From Cirrosporium novae-zelandiae (Eukaryota), in the NCBI GenBank assembly GCA_026023565.1, contig JAPETS010000024.1, forward strand, positions 124,001 to 188,000: a stretch of DNA of 64,000 nucleotides. The letters are read 5' to 3'. Every line of letters begins with the position of its first letter. Position 1 is the first letter of the stretch. The notes under the pieces are model-generated. The model worked only from the letters and a program-made list of their open reading frames with translations, did not search any database and was not told the origin of the DNA. Position numbers and translations under genes: made by a program. Below are positions 1-10,597 of this stretch, piece by piece.

Positions 1-933
1 CTGCTGCATTTTCCGAGTTATCGGGTGTCTGGTTAACTTCTGGAGGACTTCCATTTGTGGCATCCTTCTTCTCTTCATTATCAATATCCATAGCTTGGCC
101 GTCGGCTCTATTTTTTGTTGCAGGCTCGTCGAATGTTGTAATATTTTCCACATGGTATTCACCTCGCAGATTGACAGAGCTTTTGTCGCCAAGAGGAAAG
201 CTCTGAAATAAGAAAATGAATACCCGTCCACAGAAAACGGTATCTTCTGCGCGAGAAAGTCTTCGTAAGAGTTCGTTGCAAGATCTAAGGATAATAAGAC
301 TCTTGCTCTTGAAATGTTTCTGGTAAATCCTGTTATCAGCACAAGGGCAACATCCTCCGCAATATATGGTTTTCGTACCGCTGTTATTCGTTCACGCCGC
401 GACTCTAGAAAATCAAAGACTTTGCGACAGCCATCAATTGTTTGACTATCTAGCAGTTCTTCGACGAGCCAGAATATCAACCCGGATTCGCATTGTTCTA
501 GAACCCTCGTTAGCGCAGGTAGACTCTTCGTTCAGCAATATAAGACATACCACTATCAGAGAATGTCGAGACTATGTCAAGGAGTTTCCATATTTCGTCG
601 AAGGAAGGATCTTCGATAGATCTTGAATTCTGTCGATGGTTAGTTCTTATGCGTATTTGGAGTGATCTTTCAACGCACCAGCAAGTCATAAAAGATGTCA
701 CGAAAAGCAGTTTCCACTGCCGCATACTGCGCTTGCTTTCTGGCTTCGGCTGAACCATTTTCATGGAATAGGCTTGGGTTGCTCTTCTTCAGAGATTGAA
801 GCTTGTCCTCCAGGTTCGAGATAGTCACGACTGATTCAAAATTATTCGAGGAGCTGACATCAGGCAGCTTATCCAAAAGGCCCTGAATAAAATCCCTATA
901 CACCTGGACTGTTGGAACTCCATGACTGGCCAT
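1..933 (-). CDS. THO1: THO complex subunit 1 (THOC1/Hpr1-like), 5' part; gene runs off the left edge of the window
   Basis: ATG at 933 (MASHGVPTV...). Spliced exons give ...AAVETAFRDIFYDLL / SIEDPSFDEIWKLLDIV / EQCEPGLIFWLVEELLDSQTIDGCRKVFDFLESRRERITA / KHFKSKSLIILRSCNELLRRLSRAEDTVFCGRVFIFLFQSFPLGDKSSVNLRGEY, the conserved THOC1 block. Confidence 0.92.
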
Positions 934-1307
934 GATGAGATATCGTCGATTGAGAACTAGCGCCAAGTTGACATTTGCGGAGATGAAGGAGGATAGAAGT
1001 GACGAAGCAGAAGTAAAGGCAAATTACAGTAGGAAAATCTATATGATATCGGTGCAGTTGCTGAAGAGCGAAATTGATTGAATAGTTACTAGAGTATTTA
1101 CAACAGGATTCAAGATGAGGTTGAAGTGGTCCAAGCTTCACCAATGTTTGGCGCTTACAACCCCGGATCTCGGTGATATAATTCCGACGCATATGAAATA
1201 ACTGAATGGATCTGACGTCGTTAAAAGTCTCCCATCATTGGCCATTATTCAAACAAGACATTATTCAATTAATTTTCATCTTTTAGAGTTATATAGTCTA
1301 TTCTACT

Positions 1308-3025
1308 ATGTTGAGCCCACAAAGACATATCAAGAGGTCTCGAGCAAGTAAGCCAAAAGTCAAAACAGGCTGCCGTACATGCAAGTAGGTTCAATATTCG
1401 TTTCGATTTTATCAACTTTCTTTCTTTTCCTAACTTGAAGCAGGGCTCGGCGAGTCAAATGTGATGAGAAAAGGCCACAGTGTCAAAAATGCTTATCCAC
1501 AGGTCGAAACTGCGAAGGATATGAAGTGAGCAAAAGTAGCATCAACCCCATCATTCGTCCTCTACACCCGAAAGAGCCCAACGTCCCAGGCAGGCTTACT
1601 CAGGTCCGTCCATCATTGCCAGGCTTCTCTGATACCACCCCTCTTGAGAAGCAATGTTTTTATTTTTTTCAGCAGCGTACAGCAAGAGAACTACCTGGTC
1701 TTTTCTCCTTAGACCTATGTGAAAGGCTAGTTTTACAGATCAGCAGTTCTGAGCCTGCTATCCTTCATGCAGCTATTGCAGTCAGTTCGATCCACCAGCG
1801 GTATGAAGCTAGTGGTATGGCTATTACAGTAGACAATTTGGTTGATGAGCGTTACCGTTTCGCATTGAACCAATACAACAAGGCACTCAGCTTTCTGAAA
1901 CGTCGTTTAGATGGTTCAGATCAATGTTCTACTGAAATTATATTGACTACATGTTTTCTCTTCATATGCCTTGAGATGCTGCAAGGGCACTATGATGCCG
2001 CTACTACCCATTTGCAAAATGGTTTAAATATCCTGTGCGACAGGCAGCGGCAAAATACACAGATTCTTGGTGATGCTCTCATCTCTCCGCCTAACCCCCA
2101 ATCAATACTTGAAAATCTCATCGACTCGTTTGCTCGCCTCGATCTCCAGTCGACATTTTTTGGTCAAATAACGCCACATTCGTATCTGGTCACAGAAAAC
2201 GGTGCGTCTGAGGACCAGTTTCGACTGCCAGAGTCGTTCAATTCTGTTTCTGAAGCCAAACGTTACCTAGATAGTCATATGAATGCGATCTTTCGTCTAG
2301 TATGGCCGGAACTAAACTCAGATCGTAACTCTCTTGACCTGGCCATTTTACTCGCCCGCCAAAAGGAGCTTCAAGTCCGAGGTCAACGATGGAAAGCGAC
2401 ATTTGATCTCTTCCTATGCTCCCGAAGCTATGGCTTAAATGATAAAGACCTGAGAGCTTCCACCCTACTTCGGATTTATCATCTTACTATGAGCATAATT
2501 CTTGCTTCAGGTTTCTCAGCTGCTATAGAAGCCGTTTTCGATACCTTTACCTCCTCTTTCCAGACTATAGTGTCACTTGCTGCTAGCCTGGCTGCCCAGG
2601 GATCACAAGACAATAGAATACCGAGCTTCTCCCTCGACATGGGCATTATTCCACCTCTATACTATACTATTATCAAGTGTCGGCACCCTCGCATTCGGCG
2701 ACAAGCCTTGGCGATTTTAAAGTCATCGCCCCATAGAGAAGGGATGTGGGACAGTGCCATGGCTTGCAAAGTTGCTGAACAAGTTGTTGCTATTGAGGAG
2801 TCTAACCTTGAAAAGCCTCCAGAGTATGAGGGTGATATACCAGAATCTGCTCGAATATATCGGATACTTGTGAAAGATTCAGACGATGATAACATTATTC
2901 CTACTATCGTGTGCAGACGAGTACGACATGAAATAGGTGGTCAAGAATGGGAGGTATGGGAAGAGCCTTTCCCATCCTCTCGAGTCGATCTGCCTTCCAG
3001 AATAACTACAAATAATGCTGAGTAA
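1308..3025 (+). CDS. Zn(II)2Cys6 transcription factor with fungal-specific C-terminal regulatory domain; 2 exons (intron about 1385-1443)
   Basis: Exon 1 from ATG 1308 reads MLSPQRHIKRSRASKPKVKTGCRTCK, then a GTAGGT..CAG intron, then ARRVKCDEKRPQCQKCLSTGRNCEGY (six Cys). It continues into ORF 1526-3025 with EPAILHAAIA, ALNQYNKAL and CRHPRIRRQALAIL...HREGMWDS. Confidence 0.9.
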
Positions 3026-3407
3026 CCAAATTAGTGCCCCAAGCATGTTCGACCTGAATGTCTCCATGATATAACACGCTAATGCGTGGGTTTCAAATTA
3101 CAATCAAAACATTACAATATCCATTCCATTTGAAGGTGTTCCCTCCTGAACCAAATGCTAATATACAGACTTAATAATCGAGATAGATTTATATCGTGAA
3201 CCAGTCATTTATTTGGGTGTTTGTACTATTGATAAAAAAAAATGCATAGAGCCTCAACGCTCAATTAACTTCGACAGGATCTCATCATCCTATAGCTTGG
3301 TTTCTGAGATATTATACATTAATGAATCAAACAAATGAGTGCCACGATTATGTTTCGATACCCAATAAAGAATCATACTTCATGTTCTCTGAAGTTGCTT
3401 CTAAATG

Positions 3408-5386
3408 CTAGTAAACCTTCTCCAATGTTGTTCTGAGAATTTTTGGGTTTACGCTGACAGCCTTACTGTCCATTCCGAGCGCAAAAACGAATTCGTCTAG
3501 CGATGCACCACCATACATTATACTATCCACGGTTGTCCACGTGATACATCTGTGGCTGAATGGTCCACTGTCTCCAGTAGTGGCGGATGTATCAATGACA
3601 GCTCGGAAAGCAACTTCGTTGGAAGTCCTTAGATTTGTTGGATACATCCTGATACTGATTGTATCAGAGGAGCTAGCAAAGGCGACTGTAGCGACTGGGA
3701 ACATATCTGTGCCATTGCTTATCCATTTGACCATGCCCAGTCCTGGTTTGATAGGATCTGTAGCAAGAATAATGGATGAATTGAGATTTGGGCTCCTTGA
3801 TGTATATGTGCCTCCAAATGCAATATCCGCTTCGGTTTTCGCTATGTCCTCGAATGATGGGAGAAACGTGTTCGCAATCATGTCTGCAAGGACTCTCACA
3901 TTACTGTTTGAATTGCCTGATGAGCTTGCAGCCATGATAACGAAGCCGGCATCATAGTCAGGGGCTAGTACGAGGATGCAGCTGTATGCGCCGATATCAC
4001 CGCTCTTCGTATAGAGATCTGTTACACGCTCTGTCGGTTGTTGGATGATACGGCGAATCTCCCAAGGAGCTCCTACGCTCACCATGATCGATGCGGCGTG
4101 ACTGTGAGGCTTAAGCCAACGGCGAGTTTGGGCATCTGATAAGAAAGATGAATTAAGGATTGAGCGACCGATCGCAGATAAGTCATTAGTAGAAGAGGAC
4201 ATGCCCCCTGTTCTAATATGGCCTCACTATTAGCGTTGATCCTTCTAAACAAGGAATTGGATAATGTGCATCCGAAAAGAAATACTTACGGGCTTTCATC
4301 TCCCAAGTTGGCATTCCAATAGCTTGTCGTCATGTCGATGGGTATTATACCCATGGAGCTATTACTGGGAGTGGAGTAGCTCGACCGTTTCAATTTCAAT
4401 GGCTTGAAAAGATCTGCTTCCAACATTGATTGGAAACTATCTCCGGTAATATTTTCCAGAGCATACCCAAGGATCTGGAACGCAACATTCGAATATATGG
4501 GCGTTGTGAATGGTGCAAGTACAGCGTCACGTTGAACGAAGCCTCTGAAAAAATCTAAAAGAAATCAGAATTATCAGCAAAAATCCATGGTTTAATTTGG
4601 CACTTTTAATAACTCGGGGTTAGGAGAAAGCTGCATACGTACCCTCTCTGGAACATGGGGTTGACTGATTGAGCAAACAAGAAGGAAATGTAGTTGGATC
4701 CAATGGTGGCAGTCCATCTTGAACTAAGGCAGTGCTTGTTCCAGCGAGATCTCCGGCTGCATCTACAATGGCACTTATGGTTAGAAGAGTCCTTCCGCTC
4801 ATTTGAATAAACGTCAAGGGTACTCACAATCACGTCCGATATCAGCCAGCTGGCTCGCAAGAGCACCGATTGTGACATCGTTCCAATCCACCCGTAGTAT
4901 ACTTTGTTGCTGTCTAGTGTTACTTCTTTCTTGAGCTGCCGCCGCCGCCAGTTCCGGAACGAACTTTGTAACAGGCTCGTTCCAATGAACATCTCCGTCT
5001 TCGATCAGGAAGAGATACACCGTGAGCAACTTTGAAAGGCTGCCCATACGATAAACGGTGTCACCATCCACCGCCGAAACGCCGCTGCTTGAGTTTGTGG
5101 TCGGCGAGGTATGGTGCACTTCGAATATAGGCTCATCTTCGTGGACAGAGAATAGCGAAACGGAGAACGAGGTGTTGGCATTGTCTAAGGGACCGTATGC
5201 GGGCATATTTCCATTGCGGAGAGCCTCCTGGAGGAGATTGGTGAAATTTGCAGCGACATTCTTGAAGATGGGGTTTGAGGAGAGGTTTTTGGGTGGTGGG
5301 AAGTCTGGTCCTAGCAAGGGGCAGTTTTGCAACGCATAGGACGTAACTATGAAGGATAGCGTTGAAATGATTATTCCCAAGTTCAT
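3408..5386 (-). CDS. Secreted serine beta-lactamase/transpeptidase-family hydrolase (alkaline D-peptidase-like), about 4 exons
   Basis: Hydrophobic signal peptide MNLGIIISTLSFIVTSYA, CPLLGPDFP motif, SxxK (YRMGSLSKLLT), YxN (PIYSNVAFQILGYALE), GGMSSSTNDL and YTKSGD motifs across ORFs 4814-5479, 4620-4817 and 3408-4202. Confidence 0.88.
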
Positions 5387-6189
5387 ATTGAAAAAAACCT
5401 TGGGGCACGCGATTGATTGATTGATTAACTGATGAATGAAGAGGGTTAAGTCAAAAAAAAGATAAATTGATGTGATCAAAATTTGTTTGTGTATATATCA
5501 CTGTCTCGATACTCTTAATATCCAAAGCTAATGAACTGCACGCTATAATCGAATAGAAGCGTCCTCTTATATATACATATTCACATCACTTAGTCCTCGT
5601 TATAGCTATAGAGAGAGAGTCGATGACAAACCCCGCAACCTGTCAAAAATAGCAAAAGCTCCCTTTACCGTCGTATAAAAGCCAATAAGCGTGCAGCTTG
5701 ATCTACTCGTTTATATAAACTTTTCGGCCTCGCTCCTCTAAGTGGGGAGGAGGAAGGAAGGAAGGAAGAGAAACGGACCCGAAGGCATGGATGGGCAGTA
5801 GGGTCGTGTTGCACGATTAGCAGATATACTCAACATCTAAAAAACAGGAGCAGGCATTTACGACTGGTGCCATATTTTTTCTGTTCATATTCCTTCCATT
5901 AATTAGGTGGTGGAGGAATTAATGGTGGGCTATGCCGAGATGAGATGATCGACGTTTTTTCGTATTTCTAGCCAACCACCAATCGCTATGATGGAATTTT
6001 CGGCCCCATGGATTATGTTCCCAAGGAAAATAGTTTATTTTTTTCCTTGGCATGAAGGACTGGTTTGGGAAATATCCCTACGTTTTTTTGATCGTCCTAA
6101 GTGAACGTATATATAGTACATGGCGATATCTCTTTGGCTGGCCTTTGGTTATTAGAGTTCGGGTTGATGATATTGGGCTTAAATCTGCT

Positions 6190-7020
6190 TTACTTGGTGT
6201 GTTGGGACTTCGTCTTCCTGCTTTGAATGGCCTCGCGGGACCCAGTATCTGAGCTTTTCAGCTCCATCTCCATTAATGACGATTGACCTCGATTCTTTCT
6301 CTCCCTTTTCCTAGCGGACTTTGTCAATGCCGCTGCTGCTTCTTGCTCGGATGCTTCGTTGGATTCTGGAATACTTCTTAGCGACGAGTCATTCGGATCT
6401 GACATGATATTCCAGCGGTTATAATGATTATACAACTTGCCCAAGTCCAGACTTGTGATATTGCCGATGAGCTTGATGGGCTCTATATATAAAAAGGAGT
6501 GGGGTTGATCAAGAGCTGCCACGGACATCTTGTTCATGGTCTGTAAATATGTATCAGCGGTAATAAAACCATTGGGTTTGGTATTGAACTCAGGCAGATC
6601 ACTTCCCCGAACCTGCCTATCTTTGATGGCAATATGCGCTTCTTTCATGCCCTGTGGCTTGTACCGTAGGCCTTGGTTTTTATAAGTGTATATCGGAATG
6701 CATATACAGTGATCGTTCCTTTTGGAAAGTACAATGAACCGCCGAGTTTTCCAAATTTTGTCCCTCTCAGGACCCCGAACTATGTGTTTGCCTTTTGTGC
6801 ATTTCACTTTGTTATCATAGCAAGTCTCGATAGTGTTTATTAATAAAATTTGGCCAGCGACCCAGGATTCCCTTGGTACTACACTCAGACCATGAATATC
6901 ATATCCCTCAACAATGTCGCCTTCCTTGGGCCTTGAACTCTTTTGTTTCGCGCCCTGTTTTTGGATGGGGTTTGACTCTATAGTTTGAAATCCATAGAAA
7001 CCATCTGGTTGATCTATCAT
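6190..7020 (-). CDS. Intronless hypothetical protein; resembles fungal DUF6590-type domain; motifs align with MazF/PemK fold
   Basis: 276-codon open frame from ATG 7020, with RRFIVLS..HCICIPIYTY..QG motif and a basic C-terminal tail (KSARKRERKNR). Family call is from memory of the motif only. Confidence 0.6.
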   Translation of the reverse strand: MIDQPDGFYGFQTIESNPIQKQGAKQKSSRPKEGDIVEGYDIHGLSVVPRESWVAGQILLINTIETCYDNKVKCTKGKHIVRGPERDKIWKTRRFIVLSKRNDHCICIPIYTYKNQGLRYKPQGMKEAHIAIKDRQVRGSDLPEFNTKPNGFITADTYLQTMNKMSVAALDQPHSFLYIEPIKLIGNITSLDLGKLYNHYNRWNIMSDPNDSSLRSIPESNEASEQEAAAALTKSARKRERKNRGQSSLMEMELKSSDTGSREAIQSRKTKSQHTK

Positions 7021-7728
7021 TTTAATGTTGTATGGAGATCTCAAGGGAAATAGCAGAAAAGAGCGAGTGTAATCCGAAGCAAAAATCCGGGGAACCGATA
7101 TCGAAGGATCGGAATAAGCAAATGTAGAACGATGATTGAACTGACTGCTATCTCGATTTTCAAGGCATCTTGAGATGTTATATAAGCCGATTTAAACAAT
7201 GGAAATAGCTTCTGGACAATGATATTGGATAATCTCCTTCATAGAGAGGATAATACATATGTGACGGAAATAAAACTATCCGAGTTCTGAGTCTGGTGTC
7301 TCTCCAAGTATGGACGGAACAATGCATTGTTTATGAACAAAAAATTGAGTGATCAGGAAAGACAAGTTTCATAAATTCTACATATATAAACAAATACATG
7401 TCCCGAGACACGGGTCAGCAACTACTAGACAGTTCTTGAAAATATCCAAGTAGTAAACATGCAAAAAGTTATAGGCAGTTATAAGAGCATTGTATAACCC
7501 GCCGCTAAAGCGTTAAAAGAAACATTCGCATCTAAATCAGGGATAAAATCGTGTTTGAGTGTAAACAAGATAAATAGCCATAAATAAAATTAGTGGGTAT
7601 TAGAGTAGGCTAATTTTGGGTAAGAAAATTGTATCTTATGGATGGTGTTTAATATGCTCAAGTGTATTGAAGCAGAGGATTGATGGAGTTCTCTAATCTA
7701 GACTGACTAGACCTGTATGGCGGGCTAG

Positions 7729-7754
7729 TCACGTGCTGAGGTCGAAAACCCTAG
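7729..7754 (+). promoter_or_regulatory. Ribosomal-protein promoter elements: TCACGTG (Cbf1-type E-box) and AAACCCTAG (telobox/Tbf1-type)
   Basis: TCACGTG at 7729-7735 and AAACCCTA at 7746-7753, 115-140 bp upstream of the RPS17 ATG. This pair is typical of non-Saccharomyces fungal RP promoters. Confidence 0.55.
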
Positions 7755-7868
7755 CTTTGGCCCACAAGCGAAATTTGTGTGGAATCTTGATATTGTTCAT
7801 CCCAACCTCAACTCTCTAGCTTCGACAATTTCCTCCACCAACAACAACTAACCTAAACAGCCGTCAAG

Positions 7869-8608
7869 ATGGGTCGTAAGTTATCATTCCATTGTAACTT
7901 AACTGGGTTTACATATGCTTACTGTTCGCAGGCGTTCGCACAAAGGTGAGGAGGAATTACAACAAGAAATCGAAACTGGTCTAACGGCCTCTGCAGACAG
8001 TGAAGAAATCCGCCAAGGTCATCATTGAGCGATATGTAAGTGCCTGCATTAGAACAGCGGATCCAAGGAATATATCACTGACTTGAATTGGATAGTACCC
8101 TAAGCTCACCTTGGACTTCGAGACCAACAAAAGGATTTGCGATGAAGTTGCAATTATCAGCTCCAAGCGCCTGAGGAACAAGATTGCGGGCTACACCACC
8201 CATTTGATGAAGCGTACGAACCCTTTGATATTGCTTGGCCTTATGGGATTATGACGAGGATCAAAACTGATTGCCTGACAGGTATCCAACGGGGTCCCGT
8301 GCGCGGTATTTCCTTCAAATTGCAGGAAGAAGAGCGTGAGAGGAAAGATCAATATGTTCCAGAAATTTCAGCTCTGGATTTCACCCAGAACTCAGAGAGT
8401 GGCCAGTTGGACGTGGACTCTGAGACTAAGGACATGTTGAAGAGCCTTGGGGTATGTTCTCACCCCACCCAGAGCTACTTTTCCTTCAGTCGTATTTACT
8501 GACATACTTTGATAGTTCGATTCTATTCCTGTCAACGTTGTCCCCGTCTCTCAACAACAGGTTGTAGAGCGACCAAGAAGATTCGGCGACCGCAACCCAC
8601 GAACCTAG
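7869..8608 (+). CDS. RPS17: 40S ribosomal protein S17 (eS17), 6 coding exons
   Basis: Spliced translation [89 protein letters not shown]...[10 protein letters not shown]. All five introns are GT..AG. Confidence 0.98.
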
Positions 8609-9100
8609 ATAGATGTTACGACTTGAGGGTTAGGGATAAAAATGGGTGATGGTTCACTATGATGGCTCCATGACTACGTGGATACGCAAGCGTGCAGATA
8701 GCCAAATGAAAATGGTCTTTCAACTGAAGGTGTCGCTGATCCTTATCGGTGAAGCTTGATTGCCAAATATTTGTCCCCAGACCAAATATGTATTCTACGA
8801 TGATGCTATTAAGAATTGCTAACCGTGGAAACAGTTCAGACCGGGTACATTCAATGGTACAAAGTTCGGAGACCTTTAAGACCTCTGATTGTGATAGTAT
8901 TGTAGAAATTGAGGGGTATTTTAGATAAGGTCCTGATACTTTCTATATTAGACTAATATCATGCCATAAAAATTAGCGATATTGTTACCCTGGGTATCTT
9001 ATGATAACAAATTTTCCTTACTCTTTTCCATTATGAGACCTTCTCTAAAACGCCGATTCATGTAGTCGCTTACCATTCTTCGCCGTGTCATCATGAATTT

Positions 9101-9973
9101 TCAAATGCTCGGTATAATATCACGGTCCTCGGCTTTATCCTTTATCGAAGGCATTCCGAATGGATTTTTAGGGACATAACCCTCGATGGAATGATCATTC
9201 CCTGAGGTTACCATAGGCTGATCAGGAGGTTTGAGATCAAGACGCTCTTTTACCTGAGCCATGATCATATCACGATAAAGACCCTTCTGGGGAAGATTTC
9301 CACGCTCCAGCGCCAGCTGCTGCGTCGTTTCATTTCTTAGGGTCAACTTTTGTAAGCGTTTTTGGAGTTCTGGAAGTGAGCTTGGAATCTCGTCGTCAGA
9401 ATTGGGTTCCGGTTCATCCATGAACTTGACCTCGTATCCATCATCTTCAAAGCTGTGCTCTTGCTCTATATCTTCGCCGCCTCTGAGCCATGCAGGTTCC
9501 TCACTTAGCTGGACTCGAACATAGAGGGCTCTCTTGCCACATTCTTCGGAGCACCATCGTTCTAACTGTTTTGTTGGTACCACTTTTAAGTCCCCACTCC
9601 TTCCCCTCCCAGTAATAATCCTGAACTTCCCCTTAGTATTTTCCTTGTTCGGAGGTCGCGTGCAAAAGATGTAGCCGCACTTATGATCGATGTTTCGCTC
9701 TTCGATGAGACCGTCATAATCTTGAGGAGTAAATAGATTTAAACATCGTTTTGCTGACATGATGTCTTCTGGAGAAGGATGGTAAGGATCTGTAGTTAGA
9801 GAAGATGGATGATCAAGAAGAGAAATAGTAGCCTCGAGAATTTGAGCTTCGACATCCTTGCGGTATTGAATTAGATTTGCGTAGTGAAGGGCTGTTTGAC
9901 GATTGTGATCCTCTCGAGCTTGGGCCGTGGTTTCAGAAGACTTTGAGTTTTTGAGGATCGATTTGGGAGGCAT
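9101..9973 (-). CDS. RTR1: RNA polymerase II CTD phosphatase Rtr1/RPAP2 family
   Basis: YDGLIEERNIDHKCGYIFC and WCSEECGKRALY zinc-finger motifs; single exon of 290 aa. Confidence 0.9.
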   Translation of the reverse strand: MPPKSILKNSKSSETTAQAREDHNRQTALHYANLIQYRKDVEAQILEATISLLDHPSSLTTDPYHPSPEDIMSAKRCLNLFTPQDYDGLIEERNIDHKCGYIFCTRPPNKENTKGKFRIITGRGRSGDLKVVPTKQLERWCSEECGKRALYVRVQLSEEPAWLRGGEDIEQEHSFEDDGYEVKFMDEPEPNSDDEIPSSLPELQKRLQKLTLRNETTQQLALERGNLPQKGLYRDMIMAQVKERLDLKPPDQPMVTSGNDHSIEGYVPKNPFGMPSIKDKAEDRDIIPSI

Positions 9974-10597
9974 TATGATGTCCTCTAAGGGGACGACCCT
10001 TTAGTAAATATGTTCAGAGTATATCTGTGTAGAAAGTAGAATTGTTCGTTTCCTAAATATAAAATATGCAGAAGTAGAGTACTTGCATGTGCATTTCAGC
10101 GTTGATCTCTGCTTAAATGGGTGTGGCGGTGCTGTGGTGCTGAGTGTTGGGGCACGGACCTCAAACGACAAAGTTCGCTGCAATTGCTGTCCAGTGTGTT
10201 CAGCGTCAAGCAACTTCAGATTGTCTCAAATGTCGTTTGGATCGGTTTCAACCCAATTTATTCATTCTGCTTCCCGCAGCCTTGGAAGACGTTTAATGAT
10301 CAAGGGCTGGTGAAGGATATCATCGGTTCTTCGTCCTCTAGCTACTTATCCCACTGGTATTATTATTCAAACTGTTCTGCCTGCCCCGCCTCCGCAATCA
10401 TTTACGCTGACTGACGTGTGCATGGAGTCGCAGTAACACCCTGCTTAATTGGTTCATATATTGATTCCAACCTTCGAGAAAGAGTCGGGTTAATTAGTGA
10501 TCTCGGAGGCTACAACTATCCAACTTAGTCTTCTCCGCCTCTATCGCTACCTCCGAGAAATCTATATATCCATCTAAAAAGTTCGCCCTGGCTCATC

